A stretch of DNA of 64,000 bases. Source: Dehalococcoidia bacterium (GTDB lineage Bacteria > Chloroflexota > Dehalococcoidia > SM23-28-2 > RBG-16-64-32). Position numbers and translations under genes: made by a program. This document shows positions 48,390 through 57,065 of the stretch, piece by piece; position 1 is the stretch's first letter; every line of letters starts with the position of its first letter. The stretch is from NCBI GenBank assembly GCA_963665775.2, contig CAXXTF010000002.1:832001-896000 (forward strand), read 5' to 3'. Under the pieces are notes generated by a model, which saw only the letters and a list, made by a program, of their open reading frames with translations, was not told where the DNA came from and did not search any database.

Positions 48390-49781
48390 ATGATTAAGAA
48401 GGTAATGGAAACCCTGGATGAAACCGTCGCCGATATACCGGATGGCGCCAGCATCATGGTCGGCGGCTTCGGCCCCGGCATCCCCTACAACCTGATCTCC
48501 GCCCTCCACCGCCAGGGGGCCAAGGAGCTCACGGTTATCGCCGTCACACCGACAACCTTTCGCCGCCCAGACGTCAGCCTCCTGACCAGGGAAGGACGGG
48601 TGAAGGAGCTCATCTCCCAGGGTGGCGATGGCCACACTCCGGGCGTTCCCCAGGGCACGATGGCGGAGCGCGTTCGGGCTGGGGCCGCGGGAATCCCCGC
48701 CTTCTACACCCCTACCAGCGTCGGCACCAACATGGCCAAGGGTAAGGAGCACCGGGAATTCAACGGCCGCACCTATGTCCTTGAGACCGCCCTCACGGCG
48801 GACTACGGCTTTGTCCGGGCCAGGAAAGCCGATACCGTAGGCAACCTTCAGTACCGGCTCTCCCAAATGAACAGCAACCCGCTGGTGGCGCGGGCGGCCC
48901 GCATCACCATAGCCGAGGTGGAGGAGCCGATCGTCGAGGTGGGGGACCTCGATCCCAGCTTCGTCCACACGCCCGGCCTTTACGTCAAGCGAGTCGTGGA
49001 GATTCCGCCGCCTCCGGAGGGGTTCGAGGACCGCCCCTATAACATCTTTGGGGTGGCCCCGACGGGCCGAAGGTCAACACGGGGCATCGGCGAAGAGGCC
49101 GAAAGGGAAGAGAGCGGCAAGAAGAAGCTGAGCCGGGAGCAGATGGTGCGCCGGCTGGTCCAGGAGTTAGAGGAGGGCTGGGTGGTAAACCTGGGGATGG
49201 GTCTACCACAGTATTGCTGCATGCTCGCGCCGCCGGAGCGGGGCATCATCTTTCACGCGGAGAACGGGGTCATCGGCTACGGGGGAATGGCGACGAAAGA
49301 GAACCTGGACATTCACCTGGTGGACGCCCTGGGTTTTCACCTTACCCTTGGCCCCGGCGCCAGCGTCGTCGATCACGCGGAGTCCTTCGCTTTGGTCCGC
49401 AGTGGGCGCCTGGATGCCACCGCGCTAGGAGCGTATCAGGTGGCCGAGAACGGAGATCTGGCCAACGTGGGTCGCGAGCCGGGGGGCGAGGGAGGAGCAG
49501 GGGGCGGCGCCATGGACATGGCCGCCAACGCAAAACGGGTGTTCGTGATCATGCAGCACAATCGGGATGACGGAGAGGCTCGACTGGTAAAGCGAAGTAA
49601 TCTACCCCTCACGGCCCCGGGCGTGGTCAAGATGGTCTTCACTGACCTGGGGGTGTTCGAGGTGACGTCTGAGGGCTTCCTCATGCGTGAGATCGCTCCA
49701 GGCTGGACGGTCGACGAGGTGAATGCCCTGTCCGGCGCCGAGATCCACGCCGCTCCAGACCTGAAGGAGGTCCAGGTCTAG
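48390..49781 (+). CDS. Family I CoA-transferase, fused A and B subunits
   Basis: VGGFG, PQGTMAERVRAG..GIPAFYTPT, VHTPG (A); VNLGMGLP, AENG catalytic Glu, GGAMD, TDLG (B). Confidence 0.9.
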   Translation: MIKKVMETLDETVADIPDGASIMVGGFGPGIPYNLISALHRQGAKELTVIAVTPTTFRRPDVSLLTREGRVKELISQGGDGHTPGVPQGTMAERVRAGAAGIPAFYTPTSVGTNMAKGKEHREFNGRTYVLETALTADYGFVRARKADTVGNLQYRLSQMNSNPLVARAARITIAEVEEPIVEVGDLDPSFVHTPGLYVKRVVEIPPPPEGFEDRPYNIFGVAPTGRRSTRGIGEEAEREESGKKKLSREQMVRRLVQELEEGWVVNLGMGLPQYCCMLAPPERGIIFHAENGVIGYGGMATKENLDIHLVDALGFHLTLGPGASVVDHAESFALVRSGRLDATALGAYQVAENGDLANVGREPGGEGGAGGGAMDMAANAKRVFVIMQHNRDDGEARLVKRSNLPLTAPGVVKMVFTDLGVFEVTSEGFLMREIAPGWTVDEVNALSGAEIHAAPDLKEVQV

Positions 49782-50103
49782 CTTCGCCACCCAGTGGCCC
49801 GGGTTGTGCCTCCTCAACGGATGCATTCCAGGAAACGCTGCAACAGGGGGGCAGGCGTGGGATCACCGAGGGTGATCACGCAAGGGCGGGACGACAGGCG
49901 CGAGTAGAAATCAGCCTTTAAGAGGAATAGGTTGCCGCTCCGGCGGAGGGCCTGCCCTGCTTCAACCGAGGGACGCGTACTGGGGACGGCCACGGAATCG
50001 GCAAACGCCTGATGGCTATCGGCATATCTCTCGCCCTGACCCTGGCGGTCGGACGCCGGCCGGGCCTTTCGGCACACTCGCTCCCAGGCCGGCGGTGAAA
50101 CCC

Positions 50104-50132
50104 TTGACACCCAGCGCAAATGTGGATATTAA
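50104..50132 (+). promoter_or_regulatory. Sigma70-type promoter for the oxidase operon
   Basis: TTGACA-17 nt-TATTAA in an AT-rich patch. Confidence 0.55.
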
Positions 50133-50328
50133 TTAGCGATGATAGATAGAAACCGTAGATGCCTTCACTACTTGCACATCGTTTACGCGTGAATCTTACT
50201 GAACGTCGCGGCATGGTGACCGGCCCACAATTCGTGGACGCCGATAACAAGGATTGTTTGGCCTTTCTCGGCCGGTTCCACGTATTGACGCATGCGTCCT
50301 GCTGGAACCTTAGGCTGGGTGATTGATA

Positions 50329-51339
50329 GTGGAATACTTACAGACTGTTCTGGTTCGGATAGAGGCGGCAAAGATTGACGAGGCGCTGCGGCCGCAAGGC
50401 CTCCTCGAGGAGCTGGAGGAGCACCGGGGCTTTCTAGAGGAGCAGCCCGGCTTCCAGGACCTCAGTTTAGCACGCTCCATCAACAGGGACGGGAACATCC
50501 TGCTGATCGTGGAGACGCGCTGGCAGGACGACGATAGTCTCGTGTATTACGAGACGCACGAGCCCAACGTTATGGGCATCCTCAACCAGCACCAGGACCT
50601 CGTCATCCCGGACAGCCTGCAGGTTCTGGACATGGAGGCCCTGACACCTAAGGTATCGGCAGCACGCGTCAGGACGGCCACCGACCGCCTCGCCCTCCCC
50701 GTTCTGGTGCCCTTCGGGACGCTGGCCTTCATCCTCCTTGTGGTATACGGCCTCTCCCGCGTCTACCTGGAGCTGCCCGGGGACACAGCGACAGGCTTGG
50801 CTGCGGGCATCGCTCTGGGGATTCTTGCCATGGCCTGGTTCCTGTCCACACGTCCCATTATCTCCGGGATGCAGGTCGGCTTCATGGCCGTAGTGGTTGC
50901 CGGCGTGCTGGCTGGTGGGGCGATCTACGCGGTGGTTGACGATGACGATGGGGCGGAAGGTGACGGCCAGAATGGGGTCTCCGAGCCGACTCCCGGGGCG
51001 GGGGGCGGTACCGGCCGCTCGTTGGTGACCATGGGTGACAACTTCTTTGAATTCGAAGGGGAGCGAACGCCTGTCATTGAGGTCGCAGCCGGAGAGGCAG
51101 TGACCTGGGACCTAAGCCACAACGGTCAGGCCGTCCACAACATGCACATCGCTGGCACGGACAATGAATACGGTGTCGACTTCTGCGACGTGGGGGGTGA
51201 GGAGCCCTGCTCCGACCCGGATATATTTACAGCCGGCCAAAGTGGCACGATCACGTTCCAGTTCGACGAACCGGGCACCTTCATCTTCCGGTGCGATTTC
51301 CACGCGCAGGAGATGACGGGCGAAGTGAGAGTACGCTAG
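50329..51339 (+). CDS. ABM-like domain, 3 TM helices and type-1 copper cupredoxin fusion
   Basis: QPGFQD..LARS..IVETRW ferredoxin-like ABM pattern; three hydrophobic helices; HNMH and CDFHAQEM copper ligands. Confidence 0.8.
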   Translation: MEYLQTVLVRIEAAKIDEALRPQGLLEELEEHRGFLEEQPGFQDLSLARSINRDGNILLIVETRWQDDDSLVYYETHEPNVMGILNQHQDLVIPDSLQVLDMEALTPKVSAARVRTATDRLALPVLVPFGTLAFILLVVYGLSRVYLELPGDTATGLAAGIALGILAMAWFLSTRPIISGMQVGFMAVVVAGVLAGGAIYAVVDDDDGAEGDGQNGVSEPTPGAGGGTGRSLVTMGDNFFEFEGERTPVIEVAAGEAVTWDLSHNGQAVHNMHIAGTDNEYGVDFCDVGGEEPCSDPDIFTAGQSGTITFQFDEPGTFIFRCDFHAQEMTGEVRVR

Positions 51340-51359
51340 CCAATGCATCCGCCGCGGCA

Positions 51360-52205
51360 ATGAGATCTGTGGAGTCCGGTAGACTCGCTGTATCCCCCTG
51401 GCTGGGGATAGGTCTCCTGGTAGGCCTAGTCATCATTTTGGCGGGCTGCGGCGTCGACACTCCTCAGAACACGTTTGCGGCGGAAGGCGATGTAGCAGAG
51501 AAGCAGAAGGACCTTTTCAACCTGACACTGTGGCCGGCGATTGCGATCTTTATCCTCGTCGAGGGGCTGCTGGTTTACGCCCTCGTGCGATTCCGCCACA
51601 GGCCGGGGAACGAGGGGCTGCCCAAGCAAGTTCACGGTAACACGAAATTGGAGATTACCTGGACAATTCTACCGGCCATTCTGATGCTTGCTCTCGCCGT
51701 GCCAACGATCGCCGGCATCATAGACCTGGGGCGACCGCCGGCGAAGGACGCCTTGCAGGTCACCGTAACCGGTTTCCAATGGAACTGGATAATCGAGTAC
51801 GAGGAATACACCGACGCAGATGGCAACCCCCTGCGAGTTATCGGTACCTGCTCCACAAACTGCGCTGAGCTGCACGTTCCGGTCGGGCGTGAGGTCGCCG
51901 TTTACCTGGAGTCCTCAGACGTACTGCATAGCTTCTGGATCCCGAGGCTGGCGGGTAAGCTGGATGCGGTCCCCGGACGGACAAACGTCACCTGGTTTAA
52001 CGCTGTGAACCCTGGCACATATCAAGGACAGTGTGCGGAGTTCTGTGGGCTAGGCCATGCCGAGATGCGGATATCCGTAGTGGCCCAAAGCCAGGAGGAG
52101 TTCGAGGCGTGGGTGCAGGAGCAGCTCGGCGGAGATCTGACGACCAACGCTGGCGACGGGGAGGAAGGGCTGGCCGAGGCGAACACGGCGAGGTCCAAGG
52201 AGTAA
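51360..52205 (+). CDS. ctaC: Cytochrome c oxidase subunit II (CuA), lipoprotein, no fused cytochrome c
   Basis: LAGC lipobox, HGNTKLEITWT, QWNW, DVLHSFWIP, CAEFCGLGHAEM. Confidence 0.95.
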   Translation: MRSVESGRLAVSPWLGIGLLVGLVIILAGCGVDTPQNTFAAEGDVAEKQKDLFNLTLWPAIAIFILVEGLLVYALVRFRHRPGNEGLPKQVHGNTKLEITWTILPAILMLALAVPTIAGIIDLGRPPAKDALQVTVTGFQWNWIIEYEEYTDADGNPLRVIGTCSTNCAELHVPVGREVAVYLESSDVLHSFWIPRLAGKLDAVPGRTNVTWFNAVNPGTYQGQCAEFCGLGHAEMRISVVAQSQEEFEAWVQEQLGGDLTTNAGDGEEGLAEANTARSKE

Positions 52206-52208
52206 GCG

Positions 52209-54131
52209 ATGGCGAGCGAGGCTGCGGGACGGAGACCAATAACCGTTAGCGAAACGTTGCGCCAGCTCCGGACGCAGGGCGGAGACTACGGCGGGGTGTG
52301 GAGCTGGATCGTGACCGTCGATCACAAGCGCATCGGCATCCTATACGGGGTCACCGCCTTCGTCTTCTTCCTGTTCGGCGGCCTGGAGGCTATGGTGCTC
52401 CGGCTTCAGTTGTCGAACCCGGACGGTATCGGCGTAAACGCCGACCAGTTCAATCGGCTCTTCACGATGCACGGGACGACCATGATCTTCCTGGTGGTGA
52501 TGCCGCTGAGCGCCGCCTTCTTCAACCTCCTGATTCCCCTCATGATCGGCGCCCGCGACGTGGCCTTTCCGCGGCTGAACGCCTTCAGCTACTGGGTGTT
52601 CCTGGCTGGCGGCATCTTCATGAACGTCAGCTTCTTTACTGGGGGCAACATCTTTGCCGGAGAACTAGGCGCCCCGGATGCCGGATGGTTCGGTTATGCC
52701 CCGCTCAGCCTGCGGGGAGACACCGGCATCGACTACTGGGCGCTGGGGCTGCTCATTCTGGGCGTCTCATCGATGGCCGGAGGATTCAACTTCGCGGTCA
52801 CCATCCTCAACATGCGAGCGCCCGGGATGGCCCTGTTACGAATGCCTCTCTTTGTCTGGATGACGCTGGCCACCGCCTTCTTGATCATATTCGCCATGCC
52901 GATAATCACGGTCGCCCTGTTTCAGCTTCTGTTCGACCGCCTGTTTGACGCCAACTTCTTCAACGTCGCTGCGGGCGGCAACCCGCTCCTCTGGCAGCAC
53001 ATGTTCTGGCTGTTTGGCCATCCCGAGGTATATATCCTGATCCTACCCGCCATGGGCATCGTCTCGGAGGTGCTGCCCGCCTTCTCCCGCAAGCCGCTGT
53101 TCGGCTATCCGTTTGTGGTCTTCTCCGGCATCGCCATCGCCTTCATGAGCTGGAGCGTGTGGGCACACCACATGTACACGACTGGCCTGGGCACGGTGGC
53201 GAATTCGGCCTTCGGGATGTCCACGCTACTGATCGCCGTACCGACGGGGGTCAAGATCTTCAACTGGCTGGGGACCCTCTGGGGCGGCTCGATTAGGTTC
53301 AAGACTCCCCTCTATTTCTCAATAGGCTTCATCTCCATGTTCGTGATCGGCGGGCTAACCGGCATCATGCATTCGATCGTCCCCGCGGACTACCAGCAGC
53401 AGGACACCTATTTCGTCGTCGCGCATTTCCACCAGGTGTTGTTCGGCGGCGCTATCTTCGGCCTGTTCGCGGGGATCTACTACTGGTTCCCCAAGTTCAC
53501 GGGGCGGCTGCTCCACGAGGGCTGGGGCAAGGCGCACTTCTGGCTGATGTTCATCGGGTTCAACATCACGTTCCAACCGATGATGATCCTGGGCCTATTG
53601 GGAATGCCGCGCCGTATCTCATCGTACCCAGACGGCTTTGGCTGGAACCTCTGGAACATGGTGGCGACGCTGGGAGCGTTCACCATAGCCCTATCGATCC
53701 TGCTGTTCATCATCAACGTAATCATTAGCCTGCGCAGCAAGGAGCGAGTAGGGCCGGACCCCTGGGACGGGCGCACGCTGGAGTGGAGCCTCCCCTCACC
53801 GGTGCCGCCGTACAACTTCGCCCAGATTCCCACGGTCAAGGCACGGGACGACTTCTGGCACCAGAAGTACGTGGAGGATCAGGCGGGGCGGCCGGTGCCT
53901 GTGGTGGCGGACGGCGCCCAGGGAGCGCCGGCCAACGAACACGATGGCAGCGAGGAAGATCACGAAGTACACATACACATGCCGTCCCCATCTATCTTCC
54001 CCCTGATCGCCGCCCTGGGCCTGCCCATCATCGCCGCCGGCTTGATCTACGATTACGCCCTCGTGGCGGTGGGGGCTGCCGTCTTGATGGTCGGCATCTA
54101 CGCGTGGGCTTTGGAGCCCCCGACAGAGTGA
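52209..54131 (+). CDS. ctaD: Cytochrome c oxidase subunit I, A1 type
   Basis: TVDHKRIG, TMHGT, WLFGHPEVY, WAHHM, VAHFH, GMPRR. Confidence 0.97.
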   Translation: MASEAAGRRPITVSETLRQLRTQGGDYGGVWSWIVTVDHKRIGILYGVTAFVFFLFGGLEAMVLRLQLSNPDGIGVNADQFNRLFTMHGTTMIFLVVMPLSAAFFNLLIPLMIGARDVAFPRLNAFSYWVFLAGGIFMNVSFFTGGNIFAGELGAPDAGWFGYAPLSLRGDTGIDYWALGLLILGVSSMAGGFNFAVTILNMRAPGMALLRMPLFVWMTLATAFLIIFAMPIITVALFQLLFDRLFDANFFNVAAGGNPLLWQHMFWLFGHPEVYILILPAMGIVSEVLPAFSRKPLFGYPFVVFSGIAIAFMSWSVWAHHMYTTGLGTVANSAFGMSTLLIAVPTGVKIFNWLGTLWGGSIRFKTPLYFSIGFISMFVIGGLTGIMHSIVPADYQQQDTYFVVAHFHQVLFGGAIFGLFAGIYYWFPKFTGRLLHEGWGKAHFWLMFIGFNITFQPMMILGLLGMPRRISSYPDGFGWNLWNMVATLGAFTIALSILLFIINVIISLRSKERVGPDPWDGRTLEWSLPSPVPPYNFAQIPTVKARDDFWHQKYVEDQAGRPVPVVADGAQGAPANEHDGSEEDHEVHIHMPSPSIFPLIAALGLPIIAAGLIYDYALVAVGAAVLMVGIYAWALEPPTE

Positions 54132-54778
54132 GCGCCGCGGAGAGGGGAGAGTTGGAACACGCACCGACCGCCGAGCACGGGCTAGAAACGAGCACTGGCC
54201 TCGACAACCGCAAGCTGCTGATGTGGCTGTTCCTGGGCTCGGAATGCCTGTTCTTCGGGTCGCTCATAGCCGCTTACTTGCTCTACCGGGACCAGAGTCT
54301 GGTTCCGCCGTGCCCAGCGGACTGCGTGATCGATGGGGTAGCGCACCAGGGGTTGTTCGACATTCCGTTTACGTCGGTGAGCGCCTTCGTGCTGCTGATA
54401 AGCAGCCTGACGATGGTGCTGGCGCTGGCAGCGATCCAACGGGGTGACCAGAAAGGGCTGCGGGTCTGGCTGTTCGCCACGGCCGCGCTGGGAATCCTGT
54501 TCCTGGCGGGCCAAGCGTTCGAGTTCACGGAGTTCTACCGGGAAGGGCTGACGCTCAGCACCAACCTGTTCGGCACCACCTTCTACGTGCTGACAGGGTT
54601 TCACGGGGCGCACGTAACAGTCGGAGTATTAATCCTCCTTTCGCTGTTCGTCATGTCACTGCGAGGCCAGCTGTCGCCGGCCAAGAGCCTGAACGTGGAG
54701 CTGGCCGGACTGTTCTGGCACTTCGTGGACGTAGCCTGGATCGCCATCTTTACGCTTATCTATCTGATCCAGGCCTGA
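54128..54778 (+). CDS. ctaE: Cytochrome c oxidase subunit III
   Basis: MWLFLGSEC.FFG, LTGFHGAHV, WHFVDVAW; GTGA overlap with ctaD. Confidence 0.95.
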   Translation: MSAAERGELEHAPTAEHGLETSTGLDNRKLLMWLFLGSECLFFGSLIAAYLLYRDQSLVPPCPADCVIDGVAHQGLFDIPFTSVSAFVLLISSLTMVLALAAIQRGDQKGLRVWLFATAALGILFLAGQAFEFTEFYREGLTLSTNLFGTTFYVLTGFHGAHVTVGVLILLSLFVMSLRGQLSPAKSLNVELAGLFWHFVDVAWIAIFTLIYLIQA

Positions 54779-54797
54779 GGCACCGAGGAGAGAACGC

Positions 54798-55163
54798 ATG
54801 ACGCTAGCCGATTTCCGAGGGATAAAGAGGTCAGCAGAGGACGAGACGCAAGCTGCCACCGGGGATGCCCCTGCGCCACATGAGAAGGGCCACCCAGGCC
54901 CGGCGGAATACAGTAAGATCGGTCTCATCCTAGGAGTCATAACAGCCGTTGAGGTGGCGCTGTTCTATATGGATATGGCGCAGTGGGCTCTGGTTGCCAT
55001 CCTAATCCTGCTGTCCGCGACGAAGTTCGGCTTCGTGGTCCTGTGGTTCATGCACTTGAAGTTCGATAGCCAGCTCTTTTCGGCGCCGCTGGTAATCGGC
55101 ATGGCATTTGCCGTCGCGCTCTTCGCCGTGCTGCTGTCCAGTCTCGGCGGTGGGCTGGTATGA
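54798..55163 (+). CDS. ctaF: Cytochrome c oxidase subunit IV
   Basis: ITAVEV, K..FVVLWFMHLKFD; 3 TM. Confidence 0.88.
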   Translation: MTLADFRGIKRSAEDETQAATGDAPAPHEKGHPGPAEYSKIGLILGVITAVEVALFYMDMAQWALVAILILLSATKFGFVVLWFMHLKFDSQLFSAPLVIGMAFAVALFAVLLSSLGGGLV

Positions 55164-55223
55164 AAAGCAGATGTGGACGATTGGCTAAAGTACGATACTC
55201 TTATCCCTAAAGGGGCGTGACCT

Positions 55224-56045
55224 TTGCCGCTACTGCATATCGGTGTCGGCGGGCCCTCGTGGCTCAATTGGTCCGTAGAGACGGATGTCCTCCTCCTGTG
55301 CATAGCGCTGGAATGGGGATACCTGTATACCGTGAATCGGCTGCGGACGCCCATCTCGGATGCCGGCCGGGTCAAGCGCAGCCAGGTGGTCCTTTTCTCC
55401 CTGGGGGTGCTGGTCATCTATGCGGCGTCCGGATCACCCCTTCACGACCTGTCCGATAAACACCTGGCCAGCGCCCATATGTTGCAGCACATCCTTCTGA
55501 TGCTGGTAGCGGCTCCGCTTATGTTAGCGGGGATACCAGGATGGATATGGCAGGCGCTGCTTCGGGTGCGGGGAGCGATGCCGGTTGCTCGTGTGCTCAC
55601 AAATCCGCTGGTCGCACTGGCCTTCTTTAACGCAGCGCTCCTGCTGGCCCATCTGCCGTCGGTCGTGGACCTGCAGTTACGGCAATGGTGGTTTCACCTC
55701 TTCGTACACTCGGGGCAGGTGGGAGCCGGGCTCGTGCTGTGGTGGCCAATCCTGAGCCAGGTGCCGGAGCTGCCTCGTCTTTCCTACCCACTGCAGATGG
55801 GATATCTGTTCTTGCAGTCGCTGCTGCCCTCGGTCGCGGCCTCGTTTGTCACGTTCTCAAACGTGGTGGTCTATTCCGTCTACGCCGAGGCTCCTCGCAT
55901 CTGGGGCATCACGCCCATTACCGACCAGCAGATCGCGGGGGGGCTGATGAAGCTCATGGGCAGCCTCATCCTGTGGTCGTTCATGGCCCTGGCCTTCTTC
56001 AAGTGGTACGACCGGGAGGAAGCTGAGGCGCAAGGCCCACGGTGA
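55224..56045 (+). CDS. ctaG: Caa3-type CtaG oxidase assembly factor
   Basis: SAHMLQH, APL, WWP, DQQIAGGLMK. Confidence 0.88.
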   Translation: MPLLHIGVGGPSWLNWSVETDVLLLCIALEWGYLYTVNRLRTPISDAGRVKRSQVVLFSLGVLVIYAASGSPLHDLSDKHLASAHMLQHILLMLVAAPLMLAGIPGWIWQALLRVRGAMPVARVLTNPLVALAFFNAALLLAHLPSVVDLQLRQWWFHLFVHSGQVGAGLVLWWPILSQVPELPRLSYPLQMGYLFLQSLLPSVAASFVTFSNVVVYSVYAEAPRIWGITPITDQQIAGGLMKLMGSLILWSFMALAFFKWYDREEAEAQGPR

Positions 56046-56207
56046 AAAGAGGTGCGAGAGGAGCTTGACCAGATGAGCCTGACAACGAGGGAGTAAGCCA
56101 GCCCTGTGGCAGACCGCAAGTGAGGAGCCGCCCACCTACCTGTTGCTGCACCTATTCCGCCGTTGCCACGACGACCGACACAATCATTGTGGAGGGCTAA
56201 CATACCC

Positions 56208-56849
56208 ATGACTCAAGAACCTACCTTAGAACCAGAGCCCTCCCCATCCGAAGCCGCGGAGCGCGTCGCATCTGGCCTCATGGCTAGCCTCCCCCAAGCG
56301 CTCCTCCTCGCACACGGCCCGAGCGCTACGCCCGACCTGCCCCAAGTGTACACGCCGCCCACCGACAATCTGCGCTCGGAGTCGCGGGAGACGCTATACC
56401 TGAAGGCCCTCAACGATGTTGCTCGCCTCCGTTTCGCCTTTCCTACACCCGATTATTCGGATTTCAAGACCTATGCCAACCATCCCCAGCGCAGCATGGG
56501 CGTCCAGATGTCCAACGGCGCCGTAGCCTACCCCGACATCGTGGTCGTTCAGCATCCCGAGAACTACACCCAGATAGTAGCCCAGGTTGAGACGAACGAG
56601 ACCGTCAGAGAGGATGTCGCCCACTACGAGTGGCGACTTTACGCCGATCTAGCGCCCCTATATCTGTATGTACCCGTGGGCAAGGGCGACGAGGCGCTAA
56701 CTCTCTGCCGCCGTTCTAATATTGCGGTCGTAGGCGTTCGCACCTGGCGCTACGTCGTCGGCTACGAAGGGATCGAGCTCAACGACCACTTCACAGTACC
56801 GAAGGGACCAGAGGATCTCTTGCCGAAGTTCCTAAGGCCTCCATTGTAA
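56208..56849 (+). CDS. Hypothetical protein with PD-(D/E)XK-like core
   Basis: GGAGG RBS; YPDIVVV...IVAQVET...LYLYVP. Confidence 0.6.
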   Translation: MTQEPTLEPEPSPSEAAERVASGLMASLPQALLLAHGPSATPDLPQVYTPPTDNLRSESRETLYLKALNDVARLRFAFPTPDYSDFKTYANHPQRSMGVQMSNGAVAYPDIVVVQHPENYTQIVAQVETNETVREDVAHYEWRLYADLAPLYLYVPVGKGDEALTLCRRSNIAVVGVRTWRYVVGYEGIELNDHFTVPKGPEDLLPKFLRPPL

Positions 56850-56868
56850 GCGCCTCTGTAAGCGCCTC
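56845..56868. repeat. 12-bp tandem duplication across the stop codon
   Basis: tgtaagcgcctc x2. Confidence 0.8.
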
Positions 56869-57065
56869 CTCCCTTGGCAACCTCCGACACGTTGGCAGGG
56901 TTGCTGAGGAAGAGACCCAGGCGAGCCACTCGCTCTCTTGCCGGGTGCCGTAACGTCCCGCATCAGGTGCCCAACGACCGAGTCTCCGTCTCCAGTGGAA
57001 CCTTAGCGCCCCGGGAACCGCTCTTAAGCTTGAGGGTCGGCGGGCAGAACAGGCCCCTCTCCCCA

